NCBI GenBank assembly: GCA_965222075.1
Contig: OZ244937.1
Coordinates: forward strand, 2,272,001-2,336,000
Direction: 5' to 3'
Length of the DNA: 64,000 nucleotides
Source: Candidatus Latescibacterota bacterium
Lineage (GTDB): Bacteria > Latescibacterota > UBA2968 > GCA-2709665
The notes below the pieces were generated by a model. It was not told the DNA's origin, did not search any database, and saw only the letters and a list, made by a program, of their open reading frames with translations. The translations under genes were made by a program, and so were the position numbers. Each line of letters starts with the position of its first letter. Position 1 is the first letter of the stretch. Shown here one piece after another: positions 54,793 through 64,000 of this stretch.

Positions 54793-55932
54793 GTGCTGCG
54801 CTTCCTGCCGGTCTTTCTCTCGGGCATCTTCCTTGGCATCGTCATCTATTCGGTGGTCTGGAATTGGACGGGCGGTCCGGAACCGTCGCCGCTGTTGACG
54901 GTCACGGCAGACGACATCGCCCCATCCCGGCGCAACGCCATCGTTCGGGCCGTGGAGAAGGTTTCACCGGCGGTCGTCGGCGTTCATACAACCTTTTTAA
55001 AAGAATACCAGGGATATTATCGGGACCCGTTCTGGAGTTTCTTCTACTATCCCGGCATCGTCCAGGAAAAGACCCCCGGCCTCGGTTCCGGATTTGTCAT
55101 CCGCAGCGACGGTCATATCCTCACCAACCATCACGTGGTGAAGGGCGCCCGGGAGATCTCCATCGTCTTCCCGGATGGCCGACGGTTCAACGTGACAGAT
55201 ATCAGGAACAACGTCCTGATCGACTGGGAAACGGACCTGGCCGTTATTCACATAGACGCTGACGGGCTGCCAGTTGTAGACCTGGGAAATGCCGATGATG
55301 CGATCATCGGCGAATGGGCTATTTCCATTGGAAACCCCTTTGGACTGGAGATTGAGGACCCCAAACCGACGGTCACGGTCGGTGTGATAAGCGCTATAGG
55401 ACGCAACTTCCAATCCGAGGCTGATGGACGTGTCTACCAGGACATGATCCAGACCGATGCGTCCATCAATCCGGGCAATAGCGGGGGGCCGCTCGTCAAC
55501 AGCCTCGGGGAAGTCATTGGCGTCAACACCTTTATCTTTTCCAAAAGCGGTGGCTCCCTCGGCATCGGATTCGCCATCCCGATCTACCGTGCGGTGGAAG
55601 TCGTCCGGCGGCTCATTGAGGGAGGCGATTTTTGGACGGGGTTCGTTCTCCACCCCAAACTTACCCCGTGGGTGGCGGGCGCGATTGGTCTGGCCACCTA
55701 TGAAGGGGCGCTTATTACCCGCGTGGAAGACAACAGCCCGGCAGCCCGTGCAAAACTCAATCCGGGCGACCTCATTATAAGGATAAATGACCGTCAGGTA
55801 AAAAGCAGGAACGACGCCGAAGAGGCCTTTCGTGAAGGGCGGATAGGCGAGGTCTTCTCCCTGCGGATCCTCCGGGGGCGGCGGCGCTTAAAAACCGAAC
55901 TGGTCCTTGAACAGGCCCCTTTAAATCGGTAG
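54793..55932 (+). CDS. HtrA/DegP-family serine protease with PDZ domain
   Basis: GSGF, TNHHVV, DLAV, IQTDASINPGNSGGPL, PDZ domain. Confidence 0.93.
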   Translation: MLRFLPVFLSGIFLGIVIYSVVWNWTGGPEPSPLLTVTADDIAPSRRNAIVRAVEKVSPAVVGVHTTFLKEYQGYYRDPFWSFFYYPGIVQEKTPGLGSGFVIRSDGHILTNHHVVKGAREISIVFPDGRRFNVTDIRNNVLIDWETDLAVIHIDADGLPVVDLGNADDAIIGEWAISIGNPFGLEIEDPKPTVTVGVISAIGRNFQSEADGRVYQDMIQTDASINPGNSGGPLVNSLGEVIGVNTFIFSKSGGSLGIGFAIPIYRAVEVVRRLIEGGDFWTGFVLHPKLTPWVAGAIGLATYEGALITRVEDNSPAARAKLNPGDLIIRINDRQVKSRNDAEEAFREGRIGEVFSLRILRGRRRLKTELVLEQAPLNR

Positions 55933-56005
55933 CTGCAAGAACTTTTCCAGCGAACCACAGCTTGCTTTCCACATTCAGTAAAACCGTTATCGGAGCGATT
56001 CCGTC

Positions 56006-56728
56006 ATGAGAACACGATCTGCATTGCCCAGCCTGTTCACCGTAGGCAACCTCTTCTGTGGCTTCCTCTCGATCTTCTATGCCACTCAGGGGCGCCTGGT
56101 GCCGGCTGCCTGGCTCATCGTCATTGCCGGTTTCTTAGATGCTTTCGACGGAAAAATCGCCCGCCTCATCAACGTTCCCAGCCAGTTCGGGATGCACTTC
56201 GACTCGCTCGCCGACATCTGTTCTTTCGGCGTGGCGCCTGCGGTGCTGATGTTCCAGTATTACCAGGACCTCATGCTGGTCCTCTGGCTCCCCTTTGCGG
56301 CCTGTTTCCTCTTCCTCCTGTGTGGAACGCTGCGCCTGGCGCGGTTTAACACGCAGCACAAGGGGCCCGAAAAGGAAGACTTCTCGGGCCTGCCCATTCC
56401 TTCCTCGGCCGCAACGCTTGCCGCCTATATCATTTTTACCCAGCGCGTCTGGGAGAGTACCCGCGAGCCCCAAATCGCCATCTCCCTGTGCGCGATGCTC
56501 TCCTTCTTAATGATCAGCCCGTTCGAATACCCGGCCTTCCCCAGATTCACGTTTGACACAAATAAGGACCGTGTGAGGCTGGCCCTCTCCTTTGCAGCGC
56601 TGCTCCTGGTGGTCATTTATACGGAGGAGGCCTTCTTCCCCATTGTCCTTGCCTTTTCAGTCTCCGGCGCTGCTCGCTGGCTGTTCAACCTGATCACCGA
56701 TCGGGAAGTAGCCGACATCCGAAACTAA
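56006..56728 (+). CDS. pssA: CDP-diacylglycerol--serine O-phosphatidyltransferase-like
   Basis: DAFDGKIAR..S.FG..FDSLAD..SFG.AP, RLARFN, F.GLPIP. Confidence 0.85.
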   Translation: MRTRSALPSLFTVGNLFCGFLSIFYATQGRLVPAAWLIVIAGFLDAFDGKIARLINVPSQFGMHFDSLADICSFGVAPAVLMFQYYQDLMLVLWLPFAACFLFLLCGTLRLARFNTQHKGPEKEDFSGLPIPSSAATLAAYIIFTQRVWESTREPQIAISLCAMLSFLMISPFEYPAFPRFTFDTNKDRVRLALSFAALLLVVIYTEEAFFPIVLAFSVSGAARWLFNLITDREVADIRN

Positions 56729-56753
56729 CGTTCAAACCGGAAGAAGGCGGACT

Positions 56754-57035
56754 ATGGGAAAAAGGAGCATCGGCTTCCTGATTGTTGCAACCTTTGTTGG
56801 CATCCTAACTGGAAATATTGTAGGCGAGGTCCTAAATGTGATCTTTGGAAGCCTGGGCCTCCAGGACAACGTGGTTCAGAAAGTCCTGGTGGATCCCCTT
56901 GTAAAATACGAGTTCCTTCCCCTTCAGCTCAACTTGATCGTGATGACGCTTACCTTTGGATTTTCCCTCAATTTCAACGTCATCAGTCTCCTGGGTATCG
57001 GCACGGCGTGGTACTATGTGAAGTATTCGTATTGA
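56754..57035 (+). CDS. small membrane protein (DUF4321-like)
   Basis: G...G.I.GE N-terminal TM segment; LNLIVMTLTFGFSLNFN motif. Confidence 0.65.
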   Translation: MGKRSIGFLIVATFVGILTGNIVGEVLNVIFGSLGLQDNVVQKVLVDPLVKYEFLPLQLNLIVMTLTFGFSLNFNVISLLGIGTAWYYVKYSY

Positions 57036-57117
57036 TCTGTATTTTTACCTTCAGGTCCTCTCTGGAGAATACAGGGAATCGTTGGGTGAATGTCTTGCCC
57101 TGAAGGAGGTGAACCAG

Positions 57118-57384
57118 ATGTTTCAAGGAATCGGACCCTGGGAAATTCTTCTGATCTTCCTGGCTTTACTGCTTATGTTTGGGGCCAAACGGATTCCGGA
57201 AATCGCCAGAGGTCTGGGCAAGGGAGTCACGGAATTCAAAAACGCGCTTCAGGATGTCAAAAGCGGGATCGAAGCCACCCCCGAAGACTCGCCGGAGTCT
57301 CCTCCACCTGGCCAAACGGCATCCAGCTCCACACCGTCCAATTCGGCATCCAATGTGGAAACAACGGAAAATCGTAAAGGGTGA
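57118..57384 (+). CDS. tatA: twin-arginine translocase TatA/E subunit
   Basis: GGAGG SD; [28 protein letters not shown]. Confidence 0.9.
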   Translation: MFQGIGPWEILLIFLALLLMFGAKRIPEIARGLGKGVTEFKNALQDVKSGIEATPEDSPESPPPGQTASSSTPSNSASNVETTENRKG

Positions 57385-58844
57385 TGGCAGGTTTCATGAG
57401 GCGCTTGAACGAACGGTCTGCCCACGAACTGATGGGTGGAATCAAAGCAGGGGAAATTACAGCCCGGCAGGTGACCGAGGCCGTTTTTGAGCGTATTCAG
57501 GAACACGATTCAAACATCAATGCCTATATTACCCTGAACGAACCGGGCGCCCTGCAAAAAGCCGATGAGATCGACCGCAAGATTGCCGCCGGGAAGCCCC
57601 TGGGTTCCCTGGCCGGAATACCGGTAGCTCTGAAAGACCTCCTCTGCACCCGGGGTCTCCGCACCACCTGCGCCTCCCGCATTCTGGACACCTTCATCCC
57701 CCCCTACGACGCCACCGCCGTTGCCCGCCTGCGCCAGTCCGACGCCATCCTGATAGGCAAACTCAACATGGACGAGTTTGCCATGGGCTCTTCCAACGAA
57801 AATTCCGCCTACGGTCCTGCCCGCAACCCGCACGACCCCGAACGGGTTACCGGAGGATCCAGCGGGGGATCTGCCGCCGCCGTGGCCGCCGGTGAAACCG
57901 TCCTGGCCCTTGGCTCCGATACGGGGGGCTCCATTCGCCTGCCCGCCTCTTTCTGCGGTGTGGTAGGCCTCAAACCCACCTACGGCCGCGTCTCCCGCTA
58001 CGGTCTGGTCGCCTACGCCTCCTCTCTCGACCAGATCGGCCCCCTGGCTCGAAACGTCCGGGACGCCGCCCTGCTTTTGCACGTCATCGCCGGACACGAC
58101 CCCAACGACTCCACATCCGCCGACCTCCCTGTACCGGACTACGCCGCCTCCCTTGAAACCGGCGTGGAGGGCCTTACCGTCGGCATCCCCGGTGAATACT
58201 TTGCAGAAGGGCTCGACCCTGAAGTTCGAGAAGCCGTTATGCAGGGCGTTGGCCTCCTTGAAAACGCGGGTGCCCGGATTCGGGAGGTCTCTCTCCCCGT
58301 GGCGGGCCATCCCGCCTACACCATTGCATCTTACTACATCATCGCCACGGGTGAGGCCTCGTCCAACCTCGCCCGGTACGATGGCGTCAAATACGGCCTC
58401 CGGGTCGAAGCAGACGACCTGATCGACATGTACTGCAAGACCCGCAGCAGGGGATTCGGCGCCGAGGTCAAGCGCCGGATCATGCTGGGCACCTACGTCC
58501 TCAGCGCAGGCTACTACGACGCCTACTACCTCAAGGCCCAGCGGGCGCGCACCCTCATCAAAGCGGACTTCGACCGCGCCTTTGAAACCTGCGACCTGCT
58601 GGCCGCGCCCGTTTCGCCCACCCCGGCCTTCAAGATTGGAGAAAAAATCGGCGATCCCCTGCAGATGTACCTCTCAGACATCTATACTGTTTCTGTAAAC
58701 CTCGCCGGCATCCCGGGCATCTCCCTACCCTGCGGCGCCTCTTCAGACGGGCTCCCCATTGGCCTGCAGCTCCTCGGCCGGGCCTTCGAGGAACAGACCC
58801 TGTTGCGCGCTGGCTACGTTGTAGAACAGGGACAGGTCCCATGA
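57384..58844 (+). CDS. gatA: Asp/Glu-tRNA amidotransferase subunit A
   Basis: [42 protein letters not shown]. Confidence 0.95.
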   Translation: MAGFMRRLNERSAHELMGGIKAGEITARQVTEAVFERIQEHDSNINAYITLNEPGALQKADEIDRKIAAGKPLGSLAGIPVALKDLLCTRGLRTTCASRILDTFIPPYDATAVARLRQSDAILIGKLNMDEFAMGSSNENSAYGPARNPHDPERVTGGSSGGSAAAVAAGETVLALGSDTGGSIRLPASFCGVVGLKPTYGRVSRYGLVAYASSLDQIGPLARNVRDAALLLHVIAGHDPNDSTSADLPVPDYAASLETGVEGLTVGIPGEYFAEGLDPEVREAVMQGVGLLENAGARIREVSLPVAGHPAYTIASYYIIATGEASSNLARYDGVKYGLRVEADDLIDMYCKTRSRGFGAEVKRRIMLGTYVLSAGYYDAYYLKAQRARTLIKADFDRAFETCDLLAAPVSPTPAFKIGEKIGDPLQMYLSDIYTVSVNLAGIPGISLPCGASSDGLPIGLQLLGRAFEEQTLLRAGYVVEQGQVP

Positions 58845-60289
58845 ACTACGAACCCGTCATCGGCCTGGAAGTCCACGCTCAGCTTGCCACCCAGACCAAA
58901 ATCTTCTGCGCGTGCAGCGCGGAATTCGGCGCCGATCCCAACACCCACGGCTGCCCCGTCTGCCTCGGCCTGCCCGGCGCCCTCCCTGTTTTGAACCAGC
59001 AGGTCGTTGAACTGACCATGCGCATCGCCCTGGCGGTGGGGTGTAGCATCCAGCCCCGCAGCCGGTTCCTGCGAAAAAACTACTTCTATCCCGATCTGCC
59101 CAAGGGCTACCAGATCTCTCAGTTCCACTCCAATGAGGAAGTGCCCTTAGCCACCGACGGCGGCATCCGGATCCCCACGAAAAACGGCGCCAAAACGATC
59201 CGTCTCGTGCGCATCCACACCGAAGAGGACGCCGGCAAGAGCATCCACGACGAGGCCTTCGTGGCCGCGGGCGAATCCTTAGTCGACGTCAACCGCTGCG
59301 GCGTCCCCCTCATCGAAATCGTCAGCGAGCCGGACATCGCCTTCCCCGGTGAGGCGTTCGACTACCTCACCCGGCTGCGGCAGATCCTCATCTACACCGG
59401 CGTTTCCGAAGGCGACATGGAAAAGGGCCACATCCGCATCGACGCCAACATCTCCATCCGGCCGGCCGGCTCGACCAGGCTCGGTGTCAAGGCCGAAATC
59501 AAAAACATGAACTCCTTCCGCAACTGCCAGCGGGCGCTGGAGGCTGAAATCCGGCGTCAGACCGACATCCTGGAGACCGGCGGCGAAATCGTCCAGGAAA
59601 CCCTGCTCTACGATCCCGACCGCGACACCGTGCGCCCCATGCGCAGCAAAGAATTCTCCGACGACTACCGGTACTTTCCCGACCCCGACCTGGTCTCCAT
59701 CGTGGTTGACGAGGCCTGGATCGAACGGGTCCGCTTGGAAATACCCGAACTGCCCGAAGCCAAACGCGCCCGCTTCCAGTCCGACTACGGCCTCACCCCC
59801 GACCAGGTGGATGTCCTGACCGCCTCCCGTGAAGTCGCCGACTACTACGAAGCCGTCACTGCCGCGGGCGCTTCGCCCATTCCGGCTGCCAACTGGGTGC
59901 AGGGTTCTCTGATGCGGATGCTGAACAAGCAGAAAATTCAGGTGGCCGACCTCAACATCACCCCCGAAAACCTGGCCGCCCTCCTCAAAATGATCGATGC
60001 AGGCACCATCAGCGGCAGCATCGCCCAGACCGTCTTCGTCGACATGGCCCAATCCGGCGAGGCCCCCGACGCCATCGTCGAAAAGAAAGGCCTCGTCCAG
60101 ATCAGCGCCGAAGGCGCCCTCGACAGCGTCGTCGACAAGGTCATTTCGGAAAACCCAGGCGAAGTCGAACGCTATCGGTCGGGCAACAAAAAGCTCCTCG
60201 GTTTCTTCATGGGTCAGATCATGAAAAAAACCCAGGGCAAGGCCAATCCCCAACTGGCCAACCAGCGCCTGCGAGAAAAGCTGGCGTGA
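58841..60289 (+). CDS. gatB: Asp/Glu-tRNA amidotransferase subunit B
   Basis: [41 protein letters not shown]. Confidence 0.95.
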   Translation: MNYEPVIGLEVHAQLATQTKIFCACSAEFGADPNTHGCPVCLGLPGALPVLNQQVVELTMRIALAVGCSIQPRSRFLRKNYFYPDLPKGYQISQFHSNEEVPLATDGGIRIPTKNGAKTIRLVRIHTEEDAGKSIHDEAFVAAGESLVDVNRCGVPLIEIVSEPDIAFPGEAFDYLTRLRQILIYTGVSEGDMEKGHIRIDANISIRPAGSTRLGVKAEIKNMNSFRNCQRALEAEIRRQTDILETGGEIVQETLLYDPDRDTVRPMRSKEFSDDYRYFPDPDLVSIVVDEAWIERVRLEIPELPEAKRARFQSDYGLTPDQVDVLTASREVADYYEAVTAAGASPIPAANWVQGSLMRMLNKQKIQVADLNITPENLAALLKMIDAGTISGSIAQTVFVDMAQSGEAPDAIVEKKGLVQISAEGALDSVVDKVISENPGEVERYRSGNKKLLGFFMGQIMKKTQGKANPQLANQRLREKLA

Positions 60290-60344
60290 TGGTATACACG
60301 TTTCCGCAGCATTTTTTTTCATAAGCCGAATAACCGGCTGGAGG

Positions 60345-61640
60345 ATGACGCACATGGAAAAATCCGTTTTGGCAATTGACAGAGGCCCCACCGCCGTCAC
60401 CGCTTCCATCAGCGACGCCTGGCAGGAGATCTCCGACCTCGAGCGGGAGTTCGTCAACCAGGTACTCGACGACTTCGGCGACGCCTATGCTCAGCTCGAC
60501 CGATTCGAAGAAGTGTTTCGGGCCTTTGTCGGCGCGAAACACGCCCTTTGCATGTGCAACGGCACCTCCACCCTGCATTCGGCCATCTTCGCCACAGGCG
60601 CGCGCGAGGGGCGGGAAGTCATCGTACCCTCCCTCACCTGGCATGCCAGCATCACGCCGATTCTGCACTGCAACGCAACCCCGGTCTTCTGCGAGGCCGA
60701 TCCCGAAACCTTCTGCGCCGATCCGGAAGATGTCAGAAAACGGATCACGGACCGCACGTGCGCCATCGTGGTCACGCACGTATACGGAAACCCTGCGAAC
60801 ATGGATGCGTTCCTCGATATTGTCAAAGGCACCGACATCAAACTCGTCGAAGACGCCTCCCATGCGCACGGCGCGCTCTGGAGTGGCAAGCCGGTCGGCG
60901 CGGTCGGACACATCGGCTGCTTCAGCCTCCAGCAGAGCAAGCCCGTAAACGGCATCGAAGCGGGCGTGGCAACCACAAACGATGACGAGCTGTACGACCG
61001 CATGCTCGCACTTGGCCACTACGGCCGGTGTGGGAAACTGTGGACCACGGAACGGTTCAAGAGCCTCCGCAACATGGGCCTCGGCGTCAAGTACCGGGCA
61101 AACCCCCTGGGCATCGCCTTAGCGCGTGCCCAGCTCCAGCGCCTGCCCGAGCTCAACGAAAAGCGGCGCAGCTGGTTCGACCGGCTCGACAGCCTCCTCG
61201 ACCCCATCAAAGGCATCTCCCCTCAGAAAGCCTATCCCGAGGCGGTCCGGGGCGGCCTCCTGCTCTACACCGGGCGCATCGATCCAGACGAGATCGGGGC
61301 CCCCGTCTCGATCATCTTAGAAGCCCTGGTTGCCGAAGGGGTGAAAACCACACCGGCCATCACCCCCTTCGGTTACGGCGTGATGCACCTGGAACCGCTC
61401 TTCAACGACTTCTCTTTCGACGACCTGGGAGGCCCCTGGGCGGACCTGCCCCCGGGCGCGCGGCAGTGCATGGAGCGCGGCTCCCTGCCTGTGAGCGAAC
61501 GCATCCACGACACCTGCTTCTGGCTCTCCACGCCGGTCGATCCCAGTCCCGAATGGGTGGACCAGACCGCAGAAGCCTTCCGGAAAGTGGCCGCCAGCGG
61601 CGAACGCCTGTCGGAAATCGCCGGAGAGGTGGCAGAATGA
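60345..61640 (+). CDS. DegT/DnrJ/EryC1/StrS PLP aminotransferase
   Basis: NGTSTLH, EVIVPSLTW, VEDASHAHG, FSLQQSK. Confidence 0.88.
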   Translation: MTHMEKSVLAIDRGPTAVTASISDAWQEISDLEREFVNQVLDDFGDAYAQLDRFEEVFRAFVGAKHALCMCNGTSTLHSAIFATGAREGREVIVPSLTWHASITPILHCNATPVFCEADPETFCADPEDVRKRITDRTCAIVVTHVYGNPANMDAFLDIVKGTDIKLVEDASHAHGALWSGKPVGAVGHIGCFSLQQSKPVNGIEAGVATTNDDELYDRMLALGHYGRCGKLWTTERFKSLRNMGLGVKYRANPLGIALARAQLQRLPELNEKRRSWFDRLDSLLDPIKGISPQKAYPEAVRGGLLLYTGRIDPDEIGAPVSIILEALVAEGVKTTPAITPFGYGVMHLEPLFNDFSFDDLGGPWADLPPGARQCMERGSLPVSERIHDTCFWLSTPVDPSPEWVDQTAEAFRKVAASGERLSEIAGEVAE

Positions 61641-61667
61641 TACAGCTCCCACATAAGAGGGCATGAT

Positions 61668-62702
61668 TTGCGACCCCTATCTTTCGAAGACGACCTCTCC
61701 CGGCTCATCGACCAGGCACAACCCTCAATGTATTTTGAAGGGACCACCCCGGACGACCTCCACACCTGGCAAAACCGGTTTCGAGAAATCCTCACCGGCC
61801 TGCTCGGCATCCTCCCCGAACGCGCCGACCTCTGTCTTGAATTCCAGGATGAGACCGCCTGCGGTTGCTTCGTGCGCCATCGGGTCCGGTACCAGACGGA
61901 GCCCGGCGTCTACGTACCGGCCTACCTGCTGGTGCCCAAAGACCTGCACCCGGACAAACGGGCGCCGGGACTCCTGTGCCTGCACGGCCACGGTCATTTT
62001 GGAAAAGACAGCGTCGCAGGCATCAACAATACGCCTGAGCGGCAAGCAGAAATCGACAAACACAGCTACAACTTCGGCCAGAAATTTGCAGAGGCGGGAT
62101 ATGTCGTCCTCGTCCCCGACCTCCGGGGCTTCGGAGAGCGCCGGCCCGGATATCCCGGCCCTCGAACCGACAACTGCCCCCGAAACTACATGTGCGCCAC
62201 CCTGCTTGGCACCACGGTTGTGGCGCTCCACCTCTGTGACCTCCAGGCGGCCCTCGATGTCCTGCAAACACTCGACTTCGTCGACAGCGAAAAGCTCGGG
62301 TGCGCGGGCCTCTCACTCGGTGGCCGGATGACCATGATGATCACCGCTCTGGATCCGCGCATCAAAATTTCCGTACCGTCGGGGTGCATGAACCTCTATC
62401 AGGAAAGGTACCAGGCGCTGCGCCAGTGCGGCGCCCAACTCATCCCCGGCCTCCTCCGCTATGGCGACACACCGGAAATCTTCTCCCTGATCGCTCCCCG
62501 GCCCATGGTTCTGGAAATCGGCCTGCAAGATCCGCTCATTCCCCACGACTGGGCCGAACGCGGCCTCAAGCGCATCCAAAGGGCGTATGATGCGTCAGGC
62601 GCGCTGGACAGCCTGTTTGTGGACCGTTTCGACGGCGGGCATCACTTCCACTTCCAAGTCGCTCAGAAAGTCCTGGAACGGTGGCGCAATAGCGCCTTAT
62701 GA
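61668..62702 (+). CDS. alpha/beta hydrolase (dienelactone hydrolase-like)
   Basis: LCLHGHG, PDLRGFGER, GLSLGG nucleophile, LIAPRP, GGH. Confidence 0.85.
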   Translation: MRPLSFEDDLSRLIDQAQPSMYFEGTTPDDLHTWQNRFREILTGLLGILPERADLCLEFQDETACGCFVRHRVRYQTEPGVYVPAYLLVPKDLHPDKRAPGLLCLHGHGHFGKDSVAGINNTPERQAEIDKHSYNFGQKFAEAGYVVLVPDLRGFGERRPGYPGPRTDNCPRNYMCATLLGTTVVALHLCDLQAALDVLQTLDFVDSEKLGCAGLSLGGRMTMMITALDPRIKISVPSGCMNLYQERYQALRQCGAQLIPGLLRYGDTPEIFSLIAPRPMVLEIGLQDPLIPHDWAERGLKRIQRAYDASGALDSLFVDRFDGGHHFHFQVAQKVLERWRNSAL

Positions 62703-62732
62703 AGTCCCCCCTTCACGAAGAGAAAATACCTT

Positions 62733-64000
62733 ATGTCAATTTCAGCAGCACGCGAAATATACGGCCATGCCACCCTTGCTCCGGACGCCGAGATCGTTGC
62801 AGGCAGCCACGGCACCTGGAAACTGACCTATACGGCCGGCTTGAAAGGGGTGGCCCCCGGCGGACGCATCCGGGTCTACACCGAATCCGACACCGACTGG
62901 GGCATCCCCCAGTTTCAGGACCCCGCCGGCGCCGACTACATGACGGTTGAAGCGCCGGAAAAAGCGCGTGTGGGCGTTCTTACCCAGAGCGTCACCTCCC
63001 TGGTCGTACTCGTGCGCGGGCAGGGACTCAAGCCCGGCGAAAAGGTCATCCTGACCTATGGGGACCGCAGCGGCGGCGGACCGGGCTCCCGCGCGCAGAC
63101 CTTCTTGGAGGCGAAGCACTTCTTCTGGGTCGCCGTGGACGCCGACGGCAGCAGCGCCTACACCAGACTGCCCGACCCGCCCTGTGTTTCCATCGTAGGC
63201 GGACCAGCCGACCAGCTGGTCGTAATCGCGCCTTCAACAGCGTCTGTTGGAAACCCGTTTCGCCTGATGGTCAAAGCGGAAGACGCCTGGGGAAACCCAT
63301 CCGCCGAATACACCGGAACCGTGGAACTCCTTGCGGATGGCGTGGAAATCCCCGAACAATCCCTCAGATTCGACCGCGGGCACAACGGGGTCCGCTGGAT
63401 CGAGGGATGCGCCCCTTCACAGCCCGGTGTATACAGAATCACCGCAACGGACACCCGGTCCAAACTGGAAGCGCAGAGCAATCCAATCGTCTGCGGAGAG
63501 CAGCCCGAACCCTACGGCCTCTACTGGGGAGACTACCACGGAGGCCAGGTGGCGATGGCCGGGAAAATCTCCGACTTCTTCCGCTACGCCCGGGACGTGG
63601 CCGCCATCCAGTTCGCCAGTTACCAGCGCAACGACCACGCCGTCTCGAAATCCGACTGGGAGCTCCAGCAGCGGGCCGAATGCGAATTCCACCAGCCCGG
63701 CCGGTTTATTGCCATCCCGGGATTCGAATGGTCTCCCCCGACCAGGGCGGGCGGCCATCACAACGTCTACTTTCGGCGGCACAACCAGCCGATTCGCCGC
63801 TCCAGCCACTTGGCCGTGCAGAACCAATCGGACATTGACACGGACCTCCCGTACATCACAGACCTCTATCGAACCTACCGCAACACCGACACCGTCATCA
63901 CCCCCCACGTCGGCGGCGAACACGCCGACCTCACCCACCACGAGCCTGCCCTGGAACCGGCCGTGGAAGTCACCTCCACCCACGGCAGCTTCGAGTGGTT
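62733..64000 (+). CDS. DUF3604/PHP-like metallohydrolase (runs off the window end)
   Basis: open frame from ATG 62733 (MSISAAREIYG...); LYWGDYHG, PGFEWS, GGHHNVYF, PHVGG motifs; absent from the ORF track because there is no stop in the window. Confidence 0.75.
   Translation, partial: MSISAAREIYGHATLAPDAEIVAGSHGTWKLTYTAGLKGVAPGGRIRVYTESDTDWGIPQFQDPAGADYMTVEAPEKARVGVLTQSVTSLVVLVRGQGLKPGEKVILTYGDRSGGGPGSRAQTFLEAKHFFWVAVDADGSSAYTRLPDPPCVSIVGGPADQLVVIAPSTASVGNPFRLMVKAEDAWGNPSAEYTGTVELLADGVEIPEQSLRFDRGHNGVRWIEGCAPSQPGVYRITATDTRSKLEAQSNPIVCGEQPEPYGLYWGDYHGGQVAMAGKISDFFRYARDVAAIQFASYQRNDHAVSKSDWELQQRAECEFHQPGRFIAIPGFEWSPPTRAGGHHNVYFRRHNQPIRRSSHLAVQNQSDIDTDLPYITDLYRTYRNTDTVITPHVGGEHADLTHHEPALEPAVEVTSTHGSFEW

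Overview
Bacterial diderm chromosomal window with a GC-rich core and a large accessory region. The gene content (dockerin-like EF-hand modules, WD40/LRR/cadherin/FN3 expansions, DUF3604) resembles Latescibacterota/Poribacteria-like sponge symbionts; this is an inference. 0-3.7 kb: sigma54/IHF-driven lipoprotein operon (COG3014-like, LpoB-like, OMP). 4.2-9.4 kb: lower-GC cassette with an atypical receiver-AraC regulator, a BamE-like lipoprotein and six paralogous small exported proteins. 9.4-45.7 kb: seven secreted modular proteins, each carrying the same 55-aa dockerin-like module (WD40, LRR, CARDB/cadherin/FN3, zinc-protease and cohesin-like domains). These are interleaved with a PlpD-like patatin and a B12-radical-SAM plus tetraether-synthase(Tes)-like radical-SAM pair, and show many duplication scars. 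45.8-64 kb: mostly housekeeping genes (lipid kinase, adk, HD hydrolase, HNH, comEC, ecfT pseudogene, truA, HtrA, pssA, tatA, gatA, gatB, DegT aminotransferase, hydrolase, DUF3604). The most striking unexplained signal is an ~810-nt unit without a credible ORF (about 50071-50884). It has its own sigma70 promoter and terminator, folds into several long nested hairpins, and is divergent from an HNH nuclease gene: a candidate large structured ncRNA. All calls come from reading the sequence; no searches were run.
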